64,000 bases of DNA from the human T2T-CHM13v2.0 reference genome, Homo sapiens: the NCBI RefSeq assembly GCF_009914755.1, contig NC_060936.1; one strand, 5' to 3'. Shown piece after piece: positions 28,866-43,216 of the stretch (its first letter is position 1; the number at the start of each line of letters is the position of its first letter). The notes under the pieces are model-generated. The model saw only the letters and a program-made list of their open reading frames with translations, made no database searches and was not told where the DNA came from. The translations under genes and the position numbers were made by a program.

Positions 28866-30722
28866 GGAAAAAGACCCAACCCAACTATATGCTGCATACA
28901 AGAAACTCATCTCACCTGTAAAGGGTTACAGAGGTTGAAAGTGAATGAATAGAAAAAGATATTGCAAGTAAATGGAAACCAAAAGGGAGCAGGAGTAGCT
29001 GTACTTATATCAGAAAAAATAGACTTCAAGTCAAAAGCTGTAAAAAGAAACAAGCAAGAACATTACATAATAATAAAAGAATTAATTCAGCAAGAAAATA
29101 AAACAATTGTAAATATATATGCACCCCACACTGGAGCACCCAGACATATAAAGAAAATATTATTAGACCTGAACAAAGAAATCCCAATACAATAGTTGGG
29201 GACTTTGACAATCCACTTAGCATTCAGCAGATCATCTAGACAGAAAATCAACAAAAAAAAAAATCTGATTTAAACTGCACCATAAACCAGATGGACCTGA
29301 CAGACATTTACAAAACATGTCATCCAACAGCTACAGAATACACATTCTTTTCATCAGCACATGGAATTCTCCTGTAATGCCTATATATTAAGACTCAAAA
29401 CAAGTCTCAAAAAAATTTTAAAAATTAAATTATACCAAGTATCTTATCTGACCATAATAGAATGCAACTAGAAATCAGTAACAAGAGGAACACTTGAAAC
29501 TATACGAATGCATGGAAATTAAACAACCTACTCTTAACTAATGAATGAAGAAATTAAAAATAAAATTAGAAAATTCCTTGAAACAAAAGAAAATCAAAAT
29601 ACAACATCCCAAAACCTATGCAACACAGCAAAACCAGTATTAAGACAAGTTTATAACAATAAATACCTACCTCAAAAAATTAGAAACATTTCAAATAAAC
29701 AACCTAATGATGCATCTCAAAAAACTAGAAAAGCAAGGACAAGTCAAACCTAAAAGTAGTAGAAGGAAATTATAAAGATCAGAACGGAAATTAATAAAAT
29801 TGAGACTAAGAAAACATAATTTTAAAAATCAACCACAAAAAAAGTTGGCTTTTCAAAAACGTAAACAAAAGTCTCCCATCAACAACAACAACAAAAACTC
29901 CAGGACTAGATGACTCCACTGCTGAATTCTACCAAAGTTTTACAGAAGAAGTAATACCAATTCTCTCAAAAAAAACTGATGCAAAGGGAGTTCTTTCTTA
30001 CTCATTTCATGAGACCAGCACAACCCTAATACCAAAACCAGACAGGAACACATACACAAAATGAAAATTACGAGCCAATATCCCTGATGAACAGAGACAT
30101 AAAAATCTTCAACAAAATACTGGTAAACAGAATCCAACAACAGATCAAAAAGATAATATACCATGATCAAATGGGATTAATCCCAGGAATGCAAGAATGG
30201 TTCAACATATGCAAATTAACAAAAGTGATACATCCTATCAACAGAATGAAGGACAAAAACCATATGATCATTGCAATAGATGCAGAAAATACATTTGAAA
30301 AAACTCAACACCCCTTCATATAAAAATTCTCAATAATTAAGTATAGAAGGAAGGTACCGCCAAACAATAAAGACCACATGTGACAGACTCACGGCTAACA
30401 TCATATTGAATGGGGAATAGCTGAAAGTAAGAACTGGAACAGGACAAGGAGGCCCATTTTCACTACTGTTTTGTGATATGGTACTGGAAATCCTAGTCAG
30501 AATAATTAGGGAAGAGAAAGAAATAAGGGGAATCCAAATTAGAAAGAAGGAATTCAAATTGTCCCTGTTTTCACAGGACATGATCTTATATATAGAAAAA
30601 CCTAGACTCCACCAAAAAACTCTTAGAACTGATAAACAAATTCAGTAAAGTTACAGGATACAAAATCAATATGTGAAAATCAGTAGCATTTCTATACACC
30701 AGCAATGAATTAGAAATCAAGA

Positions 30723-31022
30723 GGCCGGGCGCGGTGGCTCACGCCTGTAATCCCAGCACTTTGGGAGGCCGAGGCGGGCGGATCACGAGGTCAGGAGATC
30801 GAGACCATCCTGGCTAACACGGTGAAACCCCGTCTCTACTAAAAATACAAAAAATTAGCTGGGCGAGGTGGCGGGCGCCTGTAGTCCCAGCTACTCGGGA
30901 GGCTGAGGCAGGAGAATAGCGTGAACCCCAGGGGGCGGAGCCTGCAGTGAGCAGAGATTGCGCCACTGCACTCCAGCCTGGGCGACAGCGAGACTCCGTC
31001 TCAAAAAAAAAAAAAAAAAAAA
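30723..31022 (+). mobile_element. Young AluY, AluYe5-like
   Basis: gggcgaggtgg, gaaccccagggggcggagcctgcag, gacagcgagac (2-bp deletion); TSD agaaatcaaga at 30712-30722 and 31023-31033. Confidence 0.88.
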
Positions 31023-31809
31023 AGAAATCAAGAAGGCAATCCCATCTACAATAGCTACAAAATAAAATAAAATACTTATGAATAAATTTAACCAAGGAGG
31101 TGAAAATTCTCTACAAGGAAAACTGCAACACACTAATGAAAGAAATTGAAGAGAATACAAACAAATTGAAAAACATCCCACGCTCACAGATCAGAAGAAT
31201 TAATATTGTTGAAATGACCAAACTACCCAAAACAATCTACATATTTAACACAATTCCTATCAAAATACCAATAACATTCTTCATGAAAATAGAAAAGCCA
31301 TTCCCAAATATTGTATGGAACCACGCAAGACCTCAACCAAAACAATCCTGAGGAAAAAAAGAAAAAAAAAAAAAAAAGCTGGAGACATTACACTACCAGG
31401 CTTTAAAATATACAATATATTACAAAGCTGTAGTAACTAAAACAACATGGTAATCACATACATAGACCAGTGGAGCAGATTAGAGAACTCCAAAATTAAT
31501 CCATATATCTACAGTCAACATATAACATCATATTGCATCAGATTCCTGACATATGCAACATATAACATCAGATTCCTGACAAAGGTGTCAAGGACATACA
31601 TTGGGGAAAGGACAGTCACTTCCACAAATGGTGATGGGAAAACCAGGTACCCATATAGAAGATAATGAAATTAGACCCCCACATATCATCCTATACAAAA
31701 AACAACTCAAAATGGATCAAAGACCTAAATGTAAGACCTGAAATTATAAAACTACTAGAAGAAGACATAGGAGAAACACTTCAAGACATTGTTCTGGGAA
31801 AATAATTTT

Positions 31810-31915
31810 GGTTTTTTTTTTTGGTAGAGATGAGGTTTCACCATGTTGCCCAAGCTGGCCTCAAACTCCTGGGCTCAAGTGCTGGGATTACGGACATGAA
31901 CCACTGTGCCCAGCC
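31810..31915 (-). mobile_element. Alu left monomer/FLAM with internal deletion
   Basis: ttttggtagagatgaggtttcaccatgttgccc...gctcaagtgctgggattac. Confidence 0.85.
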
Positions 31916-32601
31916 TGGAAAAGATTTTACAAATAAGACCTCAAAAGCACACACAACAAAAGCAAAAACAAAATGGGATTATAACTAAAAAGCTTCTGAA
32001 TAGCAAAGTAAATAATCAATAGAGTGAAAAGATAACCCACAGAATAGTAGAAAATATTTGCAAACTACTCATCCAAAGGGTATTAATATCTAGAATACAC
32101 AAGGATCTCAAACATCTCAACAGCAAAATAAAAAATCTGATTTTAAAATGGACAAATGCTCTGAACAGACATTTCTCAAAAGAAGACAAACAAATGGCCA
32201 AAAAATACATGAAAAGATGCCCAACATCACTAACCACTAGGGAAATGCAAATCAAAACCACAATGACGTATCATCTCACCCCAATTAAGACGGCTATTAT
32301 CAAAAAGACAAAAAATAACAAATGCTGGTGAAGCTGCAAAACCAAGGAAACTCTTACACACTGTTGGTGGGAATGTAAACTAGTATAGCCACTATAGAGA
32401 AATGCATGAAATTTCCTGAAAAGTCTACAAATAGAACTATCATTTGATCCAGCTATCCCCCTACTGGGAAATTATCCAAAGGAAAGAAAATCAGTGTATC
32501 AAAGAGACATCTGCACCCCCAGCAGCACCATTCTCAATAGCTAAGATTTGGAATCAATTTAAGTGTCTAACAACAGATGAACGGATGAAGAGAATGTGGT
32601 A

Positions 32602-32910
32602 GGCTGGGCTCAGTGGCTCAAGCCTATAATCCTAACACTTTGGAAGACCGAGGTGGAAGGATTACATGAGGCTAGGATTTCAAAACTAGCCTAGGCAGCA
32701 TAGAAAGACCCCATCTGTACAGATGGAAAAAAAAATTAGCCACTCATGATGGTCCAGCGTACTGTAGTCCCAGTTACTCAAGAGGCTGAGGAAGGAGGAT
32801 TGCTTGAATCCAGAAGTTGGAGGCTTCAGAAAGCCATGATCATACCACTGCACTCCAGCCTTGGTAATAGGGAAAGACCTTGTCTCAAAAAGTAAAAGAA
32901 AAGAAAGGAA
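32602..32910 (+). mobile_element. AluJ
   Basis: Diverged dimer with ggaggattgcttga. Confidence 0.88.
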
Positions 32911-35900
32911 ATATGGTATATATACATAATGGAATACTATTCAGCCTTTAAAAAGAATGAACTCTTTTTATTCATGGCAACATGGATGAAACTGGAAGAC
33001 ATTATTTTAAATTAAATTAGCCAGGAACAGAAAGTTAAACACCACATGTGGAAGCTAAAAAAAAAAGTTGATCTCATAGAAGTAAAAAGTAGAATAGAGG
33101 ATGATGATAGAGGCTGGGAAGAGAAAGGGGAAGAAGGAGGATAGGGAGAAATTTGTTAAAAGACAGTACAGCTAAGTAGACAGAATAAGTTCTAGTGTTC
33201 TGTGGCACTGTAGGATGCCAATTGCCAATAATAACATATTACATAGTTTTAAATACCTAGAAGAAAGGCATTGAAGGTTTCCAGTGAAATGAAATGATAA
33301 ATGTTTGAGATGATGAACATGCTAATTACCCCTGATAGGATCACTATGCATTACACGTATCACAGCACCACTATGTACCCCATACATTATTATGTGTCAG
33401 TTTTTAAAATGTTTAAATAAAAAGTAAAAATAAGTAAAAGATAATGGGGGGAGTAGATGGTGATTGACAAAATTGACCCTGAATTAGTGAAATAAGCATG
33501 GAAGTTCATTATTTCATCTTCTCTTATATATATTTGAAATCTTTTCCAATAAAAGTTTATATATAACTTGGCAATTAACTTACCAAAGCCTGTTTTCTTA
33601 TTTATTAAACAGAAATAACAATATCTACAGCAGAGATAATATCTCCTTATAGATTTTTCTGAAATTTTAAGTAGTATATTTAAATCACATGGCACACAGT
33701 GGCTGTTAGATAATTTGTGGGGACTCAGTTTGACCCACTTATTGCTGAATTGGCTGGTCTGAAGTTAGGGAGTTTTTGCGCTATTCCTACAGCATAGCAA
33801 TGCTGGGAGGGTGAGCAAGGGACAAGAAAAACCTATGTCCACATGAGTCACCCTTTCAGGCACCACAAAGATGCTGGTGGGAGATTTTGGCTTTTTTGTT
33901 TTTGTTTTTTTTTAAAAGTTCAATCTTCAAATGAGTTACTATTTTTGGATTTGTGAGCCCTGGAATATGCTGGTGCTGGTAGACACACTGGGTTGGCTAA
34001 GTGTTTATTCAGTCCCAGGCAACTCCAGGTGCAGGTAGAGAAGGTGCAAATATATCTTATCTTCCAAAGCCATTTACTCAGGCTCCCCCCTCACTTCCAC
34101 AGGCAGTTTTCTTTTATGAAATACCAAAAATATCAGATTATCTTCAAAACTAAATAATTCTAAACCTCCCAGTTTCCCCAACTCATTCCAATTCTCCCTG
34201 ATTATTTTCTTTTTGCTTTGCATTCCTGTACTACTTAGCCTTACCCTTGTTCGCAAAAGACCAAAGTGTAAAGCAAAAAAATTAAACAGTGAAGTACAGA
34301 GGCACCAAGGCCGGAAAAGATTAGATTGCTCAGAGGCACAGTCTGCTTTCAGAGATGATAAGCCCTGAGTAGTTCTTCTGGTTAGTTTTTCAATGGCTGA
34401 ATTTTTTTGGCTCTCTGGATACTGCTGGAGACTTCAGTTTGTTAAGAGCTAACCCTGGACTCTCTCCCGTTCCTGCCTGCATGTCAATTCATCTTATTTC
34501 TAATAAAGCCAATTCTTATTTTTCTAACTTGTTTCCAATTCTCAAATGTAGCTCCAAAGAAAACAGAAAGTAATTAAAATGTCAACACTTCCCTGAAAAA
34601 GAACATAAACTCTCTTTGGATTTTCTTCCCATTGGAAATGTTACTTTTCTCCAAGGTGCCTGGGCCCCATGTGTGGCAACCAGCTGTCACCCACAGCAGA
34701 CCCATCAGGCAATGCACATAAATCCCCTCTGTTCATTACTCTCGTTTGCATTTCTTCTTCTTCCTTACCATTTTCCAAATGGAGAGATCCTATAAATGAA
34801 GTACTTATGCCTGTCTCTTATAATGGACTAATATCTACGCCAATGTAATATATCCAAATTGTATGCAATATGAAATAAGCTCCAGCAGCAATAAGCTATT
34901 TAATCTAATGTGGAAAAAGCAATGTGGAGCCTAACAGCTTATTATTTAGTGCAGTGCAATAAATTAACTAAGCACCATTTTGCATAATAAGAGCTGATTA
35001 TTCCTTTTACCTTCATTTGGATTGGTTTGGATGGGTTATGACTGTCTTCAGAGTTAATCGGGTTTATGTGAAACAACTTCTTTTTTAAACGTATTCCATT
35101 AAAGAATGAAATAAGGAAGAGCAAACATGTGCCATTATTTTGCGATTGGTGTTTTTGAGGTTAGTCTTTTAGAAGAAAATTCCCCATTAACAGGCAAACG
35201 TTGTGACCATTGTCCCAGAACTCTTTAATTGGAAAGAAGCCAATATTTGTCTCCCTTCTCACCCTTTTTCTACTTTTCCCTGTAGATTCCTGCCATTCCC
35301 TTGACTCGATTTTTCAAAGCACTTTTAGTAAAACACTTGGTTTCTTCTTTCCAGTATCTCTCCAACCCTGGCCTCTCTCATCCCCACACCCAATTACTTA
35401 GCACTTTGAGGTACATATCAGACTGATCAGCACCACTGGTCAGTAAGTGCAGCCGTTCTATCTAGTGTTACAGCCAGACCTCCCACCAAAGGTCTCCAAA
35501 ATGCATCAATAAGTATCAAAACACATGTCAACAACAATGGCTGCAGCAAATCATCATAACTAGCATTTTAGAGAGCTGAACATGATGCTAGCACCTTAAA
35601 GAGGCATCTTATAGTAACCCCATAAGGTAGATATCATCATCATCATCCCTATTTTACAAGTGGAAATTGTGTCTGATCAAGATTAAATATGAGGGCTTGA
35701 TTCTGAATAACATCAAAATCTTTGTAACATGTTATATTATCTGCTGGGGGGTAAAAAATAAAACATGTTAGCGAAAAAGTCTCTCTCTGTTTCTGCATTA
35801 CTGTCCAGGGAAAAGCAATTCAAAGTGGGTGTCCTATCTGCAGTGAGGCCAAACCTTCAAAATCACTTAGATGAGGTTATTTTTACAGTACTTAGGATAC

Positions 35901-36044
35901 ATGTGGGGTCTGCCACCTCTGCCCTTTATAGAGATTTGCATTCCTTTTCTGGATTAATAAACTGCTTGAGGTTAGGACGTGTATTTTCTACACAATAGGA
36001 CATCAGTGTGGTATAACGTCTGAGTCAGAAAATCCTAGGTTTTT

Positions 36045-36371
36045 GGGTTTTCTTGTTTGTTTGTTTGCTTGCTTGCTTTAGAGACAGGGTCTCACTCTGT
36101 CCCCCAGGCTGGAGTGCAGTGGCACAATCAGTTCACTGCAGCTTTGACACCCTAGGCTCAAGTAATCCTCCCACCTCAGTCTCCTGAGTAGCTGGGACTA
36201 CATGGATGCACCACTGCACACAGCTAATTTTCTAATTTTTTTGTAGAGTCAAGATCTAACTATGTTGCCCAGGCTGGTCTCAAAGAAAATCCCACTTCTG
36301 GGATCAAGTGATCCACCCTCCTCAGCCTCCCAAATTCCTGAGATTACAGGCATGAGCCACTGCACCTGACT
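36045..36371 (-). mobile_element. AluJ inside a MIR (36005-36530)
   Basis: gagacagggtctcactctgtc...tatgttgcccaggctggtctc; degenerate TSD gaaaatcctaggtttt / gaaaaccccaggtttt. Confidence 0.9.
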
Positions 36372-37228
36372 GAAAACCCCAGGTTTTAATTTTGGCTCTA
36401 TTTACCAGTAACTATAGCAAGCTCTAGTCTGCTTAAAATAAAAGTAGGTAAATATACCTCATAGAGCTGTTAAAGACAGTAAATGAAATAACATAAACAC
36501 ATAGCACAGGTGATAAAATCAATAAATTCTAGTTCTCTCTCTCTCTCCATACTCATTCCACCTCTAATATCTAAGCATCAGTTTTCTACACATGGAAATA
36601 TTCCATGGAAGTGTCAAGGACAGTAAAGTGTGAATGAAAGCCTGACTGAAACTCTTTCCTTGCATTATTTTCTCTTAACGATAATTCATTGCCACATATT
36701 TACCCGTCTCACCAAAATGATATTTTTAAAAAGTGATTTTAATTCTACAACTTTTAATTCTACAACAATTCATAAAGTGAGTGAAGGTAACTGTCATTCT
36801 TATCTAATAGCCCTTTTCTTCTAAATTCTCCTTCTCTATTGCTTCATTTCTCTTCTCCAAGTTGTGGCAGTAAGCACCACTGATTATCTAAGGAAGCTTT
36901 GAATCAAGGTCAAGGACATCTAATTTTAAATTTTATCTCCTCACTCTTCTGACATGAAACTTTCCTTTCACTTTAGGAGGAAAAAAAAGAGCTAAGAAGA
37001 ATAGCAAAAGACAAACCTGAAGTCTTTCAAAACTTTAAGGAGAAATTCAAGAAGAAGCCAAATTGTGATGTCATCCACACACATGAAAAATTATATGGCA
37101 AATTTTACTTAACATTATAAATGGCTTCAAGTTTTAAAGATGCATGAGGGGAAACATTATTCTTTGGACATATTTACACATTGTTGGGTTCTAAATGAAA
37201 TGGTTCATAACAAAAAAATTATGGACAA

Positions 37229-37525
<297 letters not shown>

Positions 37526-37869
37526 TTATGGACAGTTTTCTTCAATGAATGACAAGTTGTTTCATCTTTGGTTTATGACATCTTTTCCTTTAGAGAACTC
37601 GAACTGTTTAATATTTTTTTGAGTTAAAAGAAGAACATTATTTGATGGAATTCGAGTTGATAAAATGACAGCTCAGAGAGATTAAGTAAAATATACAGAG
37701 CCACACAGCAAATTATTGTCCAATATTTTAAAATTTTGAATTGAGAGAGTGGGAAAGCTTTAAAAAGAAAAAAAAAGACAATATGCTGGGTAGAGCAGCT
37801 TACTTGAGAATTAAAATTTTGTTCTTGAGTCTCCCTCTCAATGCCCTAAGGGAATGCACAACTTAATTG

Positions 37870-38220
37870 AATGTGGGAGGCAGTGGGGGAATATATGAGA
37901 TGAAACTTTGCCTAGAAATCTGGGAAGGGGAAGAAAAGTGATGCTTAAGGTTGAGCCTTCCAGAATGAATTGGACTTCCCAAGATCAACATTGTGAAGTA
38001 AGAGTGATGGGTTGGGGAGGAGAAGGCATTCCAGGCAAATGGCAGGCTGTGCTTGGCATGAAAACATGGGTGTAAACCTTTTATGTTGTGAACAATGAAG
38101 GGGCTAGAAGCTAGATCATGATTAGGTTTGCCTTTTGGAAGGATGAACATGACAAAAATAAAGGGTAGAGCTAAAATTGGGACCAAAGAGAACAGCTAAG
38201 GAGCTCTTATCGTTGTCAAG
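37870..38220 (-). mobile_element. L2 fragment (further pieces to ~39300)
   Basis: ggagaaggcattccaggca...atgattaggtttgccttttggaaggat. Confidence 0.6.
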
Positions 38221-38687
38221 GGTGTTGGCGGGGGTGGGGGGGTCCGCTCTGTAACACTTATTTGAGTTGAGCAAGGTGGATCACCCATCAAAGCTGGTCC
38301 TCATGCTGCACATCCTACTCTTCTCACATATAAATCACATTGCATCTCAGCAAATTACAAATAATGTCATGTATCTCTGGGATGGCTCTAAAATGACTAA
38401 TTTGTTCAAGCCATTGTTGAAAAGAAAGAAAGCCGAGGACAGGATCCTGGAGGACGCAGGTCAATAAATTGCTGAAAGAGCAGAGAAATCCATGAAGGCT
38501 CCCTGGAGGAAGAAGGAAATCCCAGAGAGCTAAAAGGTGTCAGGCACCAGAGAAGTCGATCAGACTCAGGGAAAGGAAGAGCATGGGAGGAGGCCAAGTA
38601 GAAAGGGCAGACCTACAGAACAAAGCCTGTAAAAGCAGAGTTTCAGGGTCATTGGTGGCTCCTGACAGAACAATTTGTATGGAATAA

Positions 38688-39066
<379 letters not shown>

Positions 39067-39404
39067 GGAGCATCTTTTTAAGAAGTTTAGCTATGACAGG
39101 AAGGAAAGAGAGTGGCTATAGCCAGAGGGGCATGCGGAATGAAGGTGGGAACTTTTTTCATTTCTTTTTTTAAATGGTAGAGAGATTTGGGCATATTTAA
39201 CGATAGTAATGAAGATAGAAAAAGAATATAACCTGGGAATACTAAGACCAGCAGAAACACAGATGTAAGAAATGAATGCTTTGGGTGGGGAGGGATACGG
39301 TTATCTGTGAGTTAAGAAAGGAGAATTTCATCAAAAGGAAGAAAGACAACCCTGGTTTCTGATGATCATATATAAAATGGCACAGTGGAAAGAACACTTT
39401 AGAC

Positions 39405-39943
39405 TAGGAGTCTCCAGCCTTCAGTCCCAGTCCATGGCCTGTTAGGAACCAGGTCACACAGCAGGAGGTGAGCAGCAGGTGAGCACAGGAAGCTCTGTCT
39501 GTATTTACAGCTGCTTGCAATTGCCACATTACCGCCTGAGCTCCTCCTGTCAGTTCAGTGGCAGCATTAGATTCCAATAGGAGTGTGAACCCTATTGTGA
39601 GCTGCGCGTGCGAGGGGTCTAGGCTGCGCGCTCCTTGTGAGACGCACTCCTTATAAGAATCTAACGCCTGATGATCTGTCATTGTTTCCCATCACCTCCA
39701 GATGGAACCGTCTAGTTGCAGGAAAGCAAGATGTCAGGGCTCCCACTGATTCTACATTATGGTGAGTTGTATAATTATTAATATTTCATTATATATTACA
39801 ATGTAATAATAATAGAAATAAAGTGCACAATAAATGTAATGTAATGTGCTTGAATCATCCCAAAACCATCTCCCACCCCGGTCCATGGAAAAACTATCTC
39901 CCATGAAACGGGTCCCTGGTGCCAAAAAGGTTGGGGGCTGCTG
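39405..39943 (+). mobile_element. MER1A hAT-Charlie element inside a MIR
   Basis: gtccatggcctgttaggaacc...ccctggtgccaaaaaggttgggg; perfect 8-bp TSD ctttagac at 39397-39404 and 39944-39951. Confidence 0.93.
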
Positions 39944-40129
39944 CTTTAGACCCTAAAAAGTCACTTACATTCAAAGTCAAATCCCAGCCTTATCTCTAAC
40001 TAGCAGCGTCCCCTTTGACCAACACTTGACCTCTCTAAAACTCAGATTTTTCATCCACAAATAGTGATAAATACACCTACCTTAATGAATGATGGGAGGA
40101 TTTCAATTTCGATGATTCCCTGCTGACAT

Positions 40130-40355
40130 CTCCTATTCTCTTCTCAGCTTGACTTTTCCCCCTAGCACCTATAACTTTCTAACATACTCAGTATTTTAGT
40201 GATTTATCTCGGTTATTATCTCTCTCTCCTAACAGAATGCAAACCAAACAAGAGTAAGAATGTTTTCCTATTTTGTTCACTGCTATATCCTCAGCGTTAC
40301 AGTGCCTAGCACCTGGTAGGTTATCAATTTAAAAAAAAGTGAAATAAATAATGAT
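40130..40355 (+). mobile_element. L2 3' end
   Basis: ttttgttcactgctatatcctcagcg..acagtgcctagcac..ggtagg. Confidence 0.75.
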
Positions 40356-40367
40356 TAGGATACTACA

Positions 40368-40592
40368 GAGCAGTTTCTCAACTTTGACACCACTGACATT
40401 TGGAGCCAGATAATTAATTTGCTTGAGGGGGTAGGGGCTGTCCTGTACCCCGTGAGATGTTTAGCAACATCCCTGGCCTCTAACCACTAGAGGCCAATGG
40501 CACCCCACCCCCAGCTGTGATGAGCAAAATTGTGCACAGACGTTGCCAAACGTTCATGGAGGGGCAAAATCATTCGGACTTGAGAGCCTCTG
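40368..40592 (+). mobile_element. MER20
   Basis: gtttctcaac...actgacatttggagccagataatt...tgtttagcaacatccctggcctcta.ccactag. Confidence 0.9.
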
Positions 40593-41321
40593 CAACAGGG
40601 TAAGTACTAAAGATGGTAGCTTTTAATATTATTTTAATAGGGGAAGAAATGCAAAATCAAAGTAACATTTGATCATCAAATTCTCCCACAACCTGCTTAA
40701 TTTGAGGTGGAGAAAAATACTGCTGCTGTGATGGTGTTGGCTTCACAGTAAACTGACATTTTACTTATTATTTTACCAAGAAACATGTTTAGAAGAAAAC
40801 AGCTCTGTAAATCAAAAAAGTGTCTCCTAAGCTTCTTGTGTGTTAGTCGAATGTGAGAGATTTTCTTTTTTGTCACCTCTCTGAACAAACAATAATAGCA
40901 AAAGTAATCATTCCTATCCATACAGTCTTATAACATCAAAGCTAATAATGTATGGTAGATAATTCATGGGCCAACACTTTAAAAATACTAACATCTTAGC
41001 ATCTATATTCTAATTAATGAAGGATTATAAGGTGCCAGAAGACACAGCTGCAGTTTTCATTTTTAGGATTATCTTTCCCTTCAAATTTTCTGTTTTTACC
41101 AGTCCATTCCTTTGCTTTAAATAGAAACCAGTGTCTTGTATTAAAATGGCTAATACTGATCTTTCAGAAACATGAGGATCTCATAAAATGGAGACTCTTC
41201 CAAAAATTGCTTTGGGGAGCATGGAAAAAAATATCAGCAATGACTTGTCTCCAACTTCTCCCTCCAAATACAGACACCACTAACTAGGGAGTAGTCATTT
41301 GATCAACAGAGAGCTCATGGT

Positions 41322-41458
41322 TAGGATGACCATGGTTAGGACTGGGTTTGCCTGAAACATTCCCGGTTCACGCCAGCTGTCCCAGTACACTAATTAATAG
41401 CAGCCCATTTTATTCTCAAAAATGTCTGGATTTGGACATTAAAAGTATATGGTCACCT
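41322..41458. mobile_element. MER94-like hAT MITE
   Basis: Terminal inverted repeats agg.tgaccat ... atatggtcacc; gtttgcctg..aca.tcccggtt. Confidence 0.75.
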
Positions 41459-42322
41459 TTTTCAGAGTTCATTAGCATTTGACTGTCCACACAAAAGAGA
41501 GGTGAGCAGAGAGGGATTTGGTGCCAACTGGCTTTTTGCTTTCCCGTCTCTGAGCCTCTGGCACATCTCAGACTTTTCTCAGCACTCTATGGCAGACCTA
41601 GCTACAAGGATAGTCCTTTCTGTAGCACAAGCTCAAAGGTAAACTATCTGCAAGTCAATAAATGAATCGGTCTTCCACCTAGCTTGTTGATCAATACATC
41701 ATTTCTCCTCCACTTTCAAAAAAAGTGAAATGGAAATTAGCTTATCATGTGACAGAGTCTGGCTTGCCTTGGCCTTCCAGAAGGCATTTGGATTCAGAGA
41801 AGCCAAGTAGCGTGAGATTTGCTTGTGGATGAGGCTGGCCTCTGATTGCTGGGCCTGCTGAAAAGGCCTTCCGGACTGCAAGGTGCTAGCCAGAAGAACC
41901 CCCTGATAAAAGCCTCCTTGCCCCATAGCCTCATACTCCTCAGAGTAGAGTAGAGATGATATGTAAAGGCAGCCAACTGACCAAGAATATCCAGGCTTTT
42001 TATGAGTAAGATAAGCCTTTCTCTTTCAGGACCAAGAACACAGCTCAGGAGATTATACAAGAATCAGGAGTTAGCAACACAGCTATATGCCAGCTCAGAT
42101 CAAGAGTCCAGGGGTCAGCAGTACAAAAGGGCTCTTATTCCAAAGTCAGGCCGAGGAGGAGAGAGACCAAGAACTCTAAATAGCTAAAAGGTAGTAACCT
42201 GAGATTAGACAATCCTTACTCCTTGAGCCCCACACCTTTCATTATTCAGCAGTCCCATCTGTAATATAGCTAATGTATTATTTATCATGATGATGATTTT
42301 ACTGGGATTTAGCAGTCCCAAC

Positions 42323-43216
42323 TAAGTAATATAATAATATTAGCTACTATTTATTAAGCACCAAATGTATGCATTATCTAATTTAATCTTTATAATAACT
42401 TTGCAGGCAAAGTGCACGATACATGGTTTTACCGCATACAGGTAACACGGATAACAGGGTGCTAGAAATCGTTCATGCTCTATAAACAATAATAATAGCC
42501 ACTGTTATTGTATTACTCAATTGTCACCCTGTGTCTCTTTAAATACCAGAGTGAACTGCTTTCAGTTCTCTCATGTTTCGTAGTCCCTCTCATCTTAGTA
42601 CCTTCACACATGTAGTTTCTTAGAACACACTCCAACCTCAAATTCCCATTTATTTATCCCTTGGCTCTCAGCATAGATGTGATTTCTTGCAGGGAATCCT
42701 CCCTGAACCTCCAAATTGAGATGAGAGGCCCCTCCTAAAACATTCACTCTCTATTTCCTGCTATCAAAGGTCTCGTTTTACTTGGTTAGAGTTGTCAGTT
42801 TATTTATCTGTAACTCCTCCTAAATTACAACCCCTTTGAAGTTAGGAACTGTGTCTCATTCCTCGTTCCCCATTTTTCCCCTTAGTAACACACACACAAC
42901 ACCTGATACACAGCAGTACTCAAAAAACATTCGTTGGATGATTACATGAATAAATGACCCATTTCACTCTGGTGGTGGGAACTGTGGAGGCGAATGGCAT
43001 GAATAATGACACCTGACAATTAAGTAAGTACACACTTACTCAGAAGACATGTAACAGAGAGCACATGCTATTTCCATCGTCCTGTTATTTACATTACCTG
43101 TATGTGGTAAAACCATGTACCATGCACTTTGCCTGCAAAGTTATTATAAAGATTAAATTAGGTAATGCACATATTTGGTGTTTAATAAATGGTAGTTAAC
43201 ATTATTACATGACTTA
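42323..43216. repeat. Long inverted repeat: arms 42323-42481 and 43058-43216 (weak extension to 42527/43014) enclosing an L2 fragment (~42550-42957)
   Basis: Arm 1 versus the reverse complement of arm 2 gives ~133/159 matches by manual count, including a 39-nt perfect run ctaatttaatctttataataactttgcaggcaaagtgca. Confidence 0.93.

Larger units (their letters stand above)
28868..33436 (+). mobile_element. L1MA-type element, 5'-truncated at the ORF2 endonuclease, degenerate
   Basis: ORF2 peptides (QVNGNQKGAGVAVLISEKIDFK; [19 protein letters not shown]), L1MA 3'UTR, approximate TSD ataatggg at ~28860 and ~33442. Confidence 0.9.
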
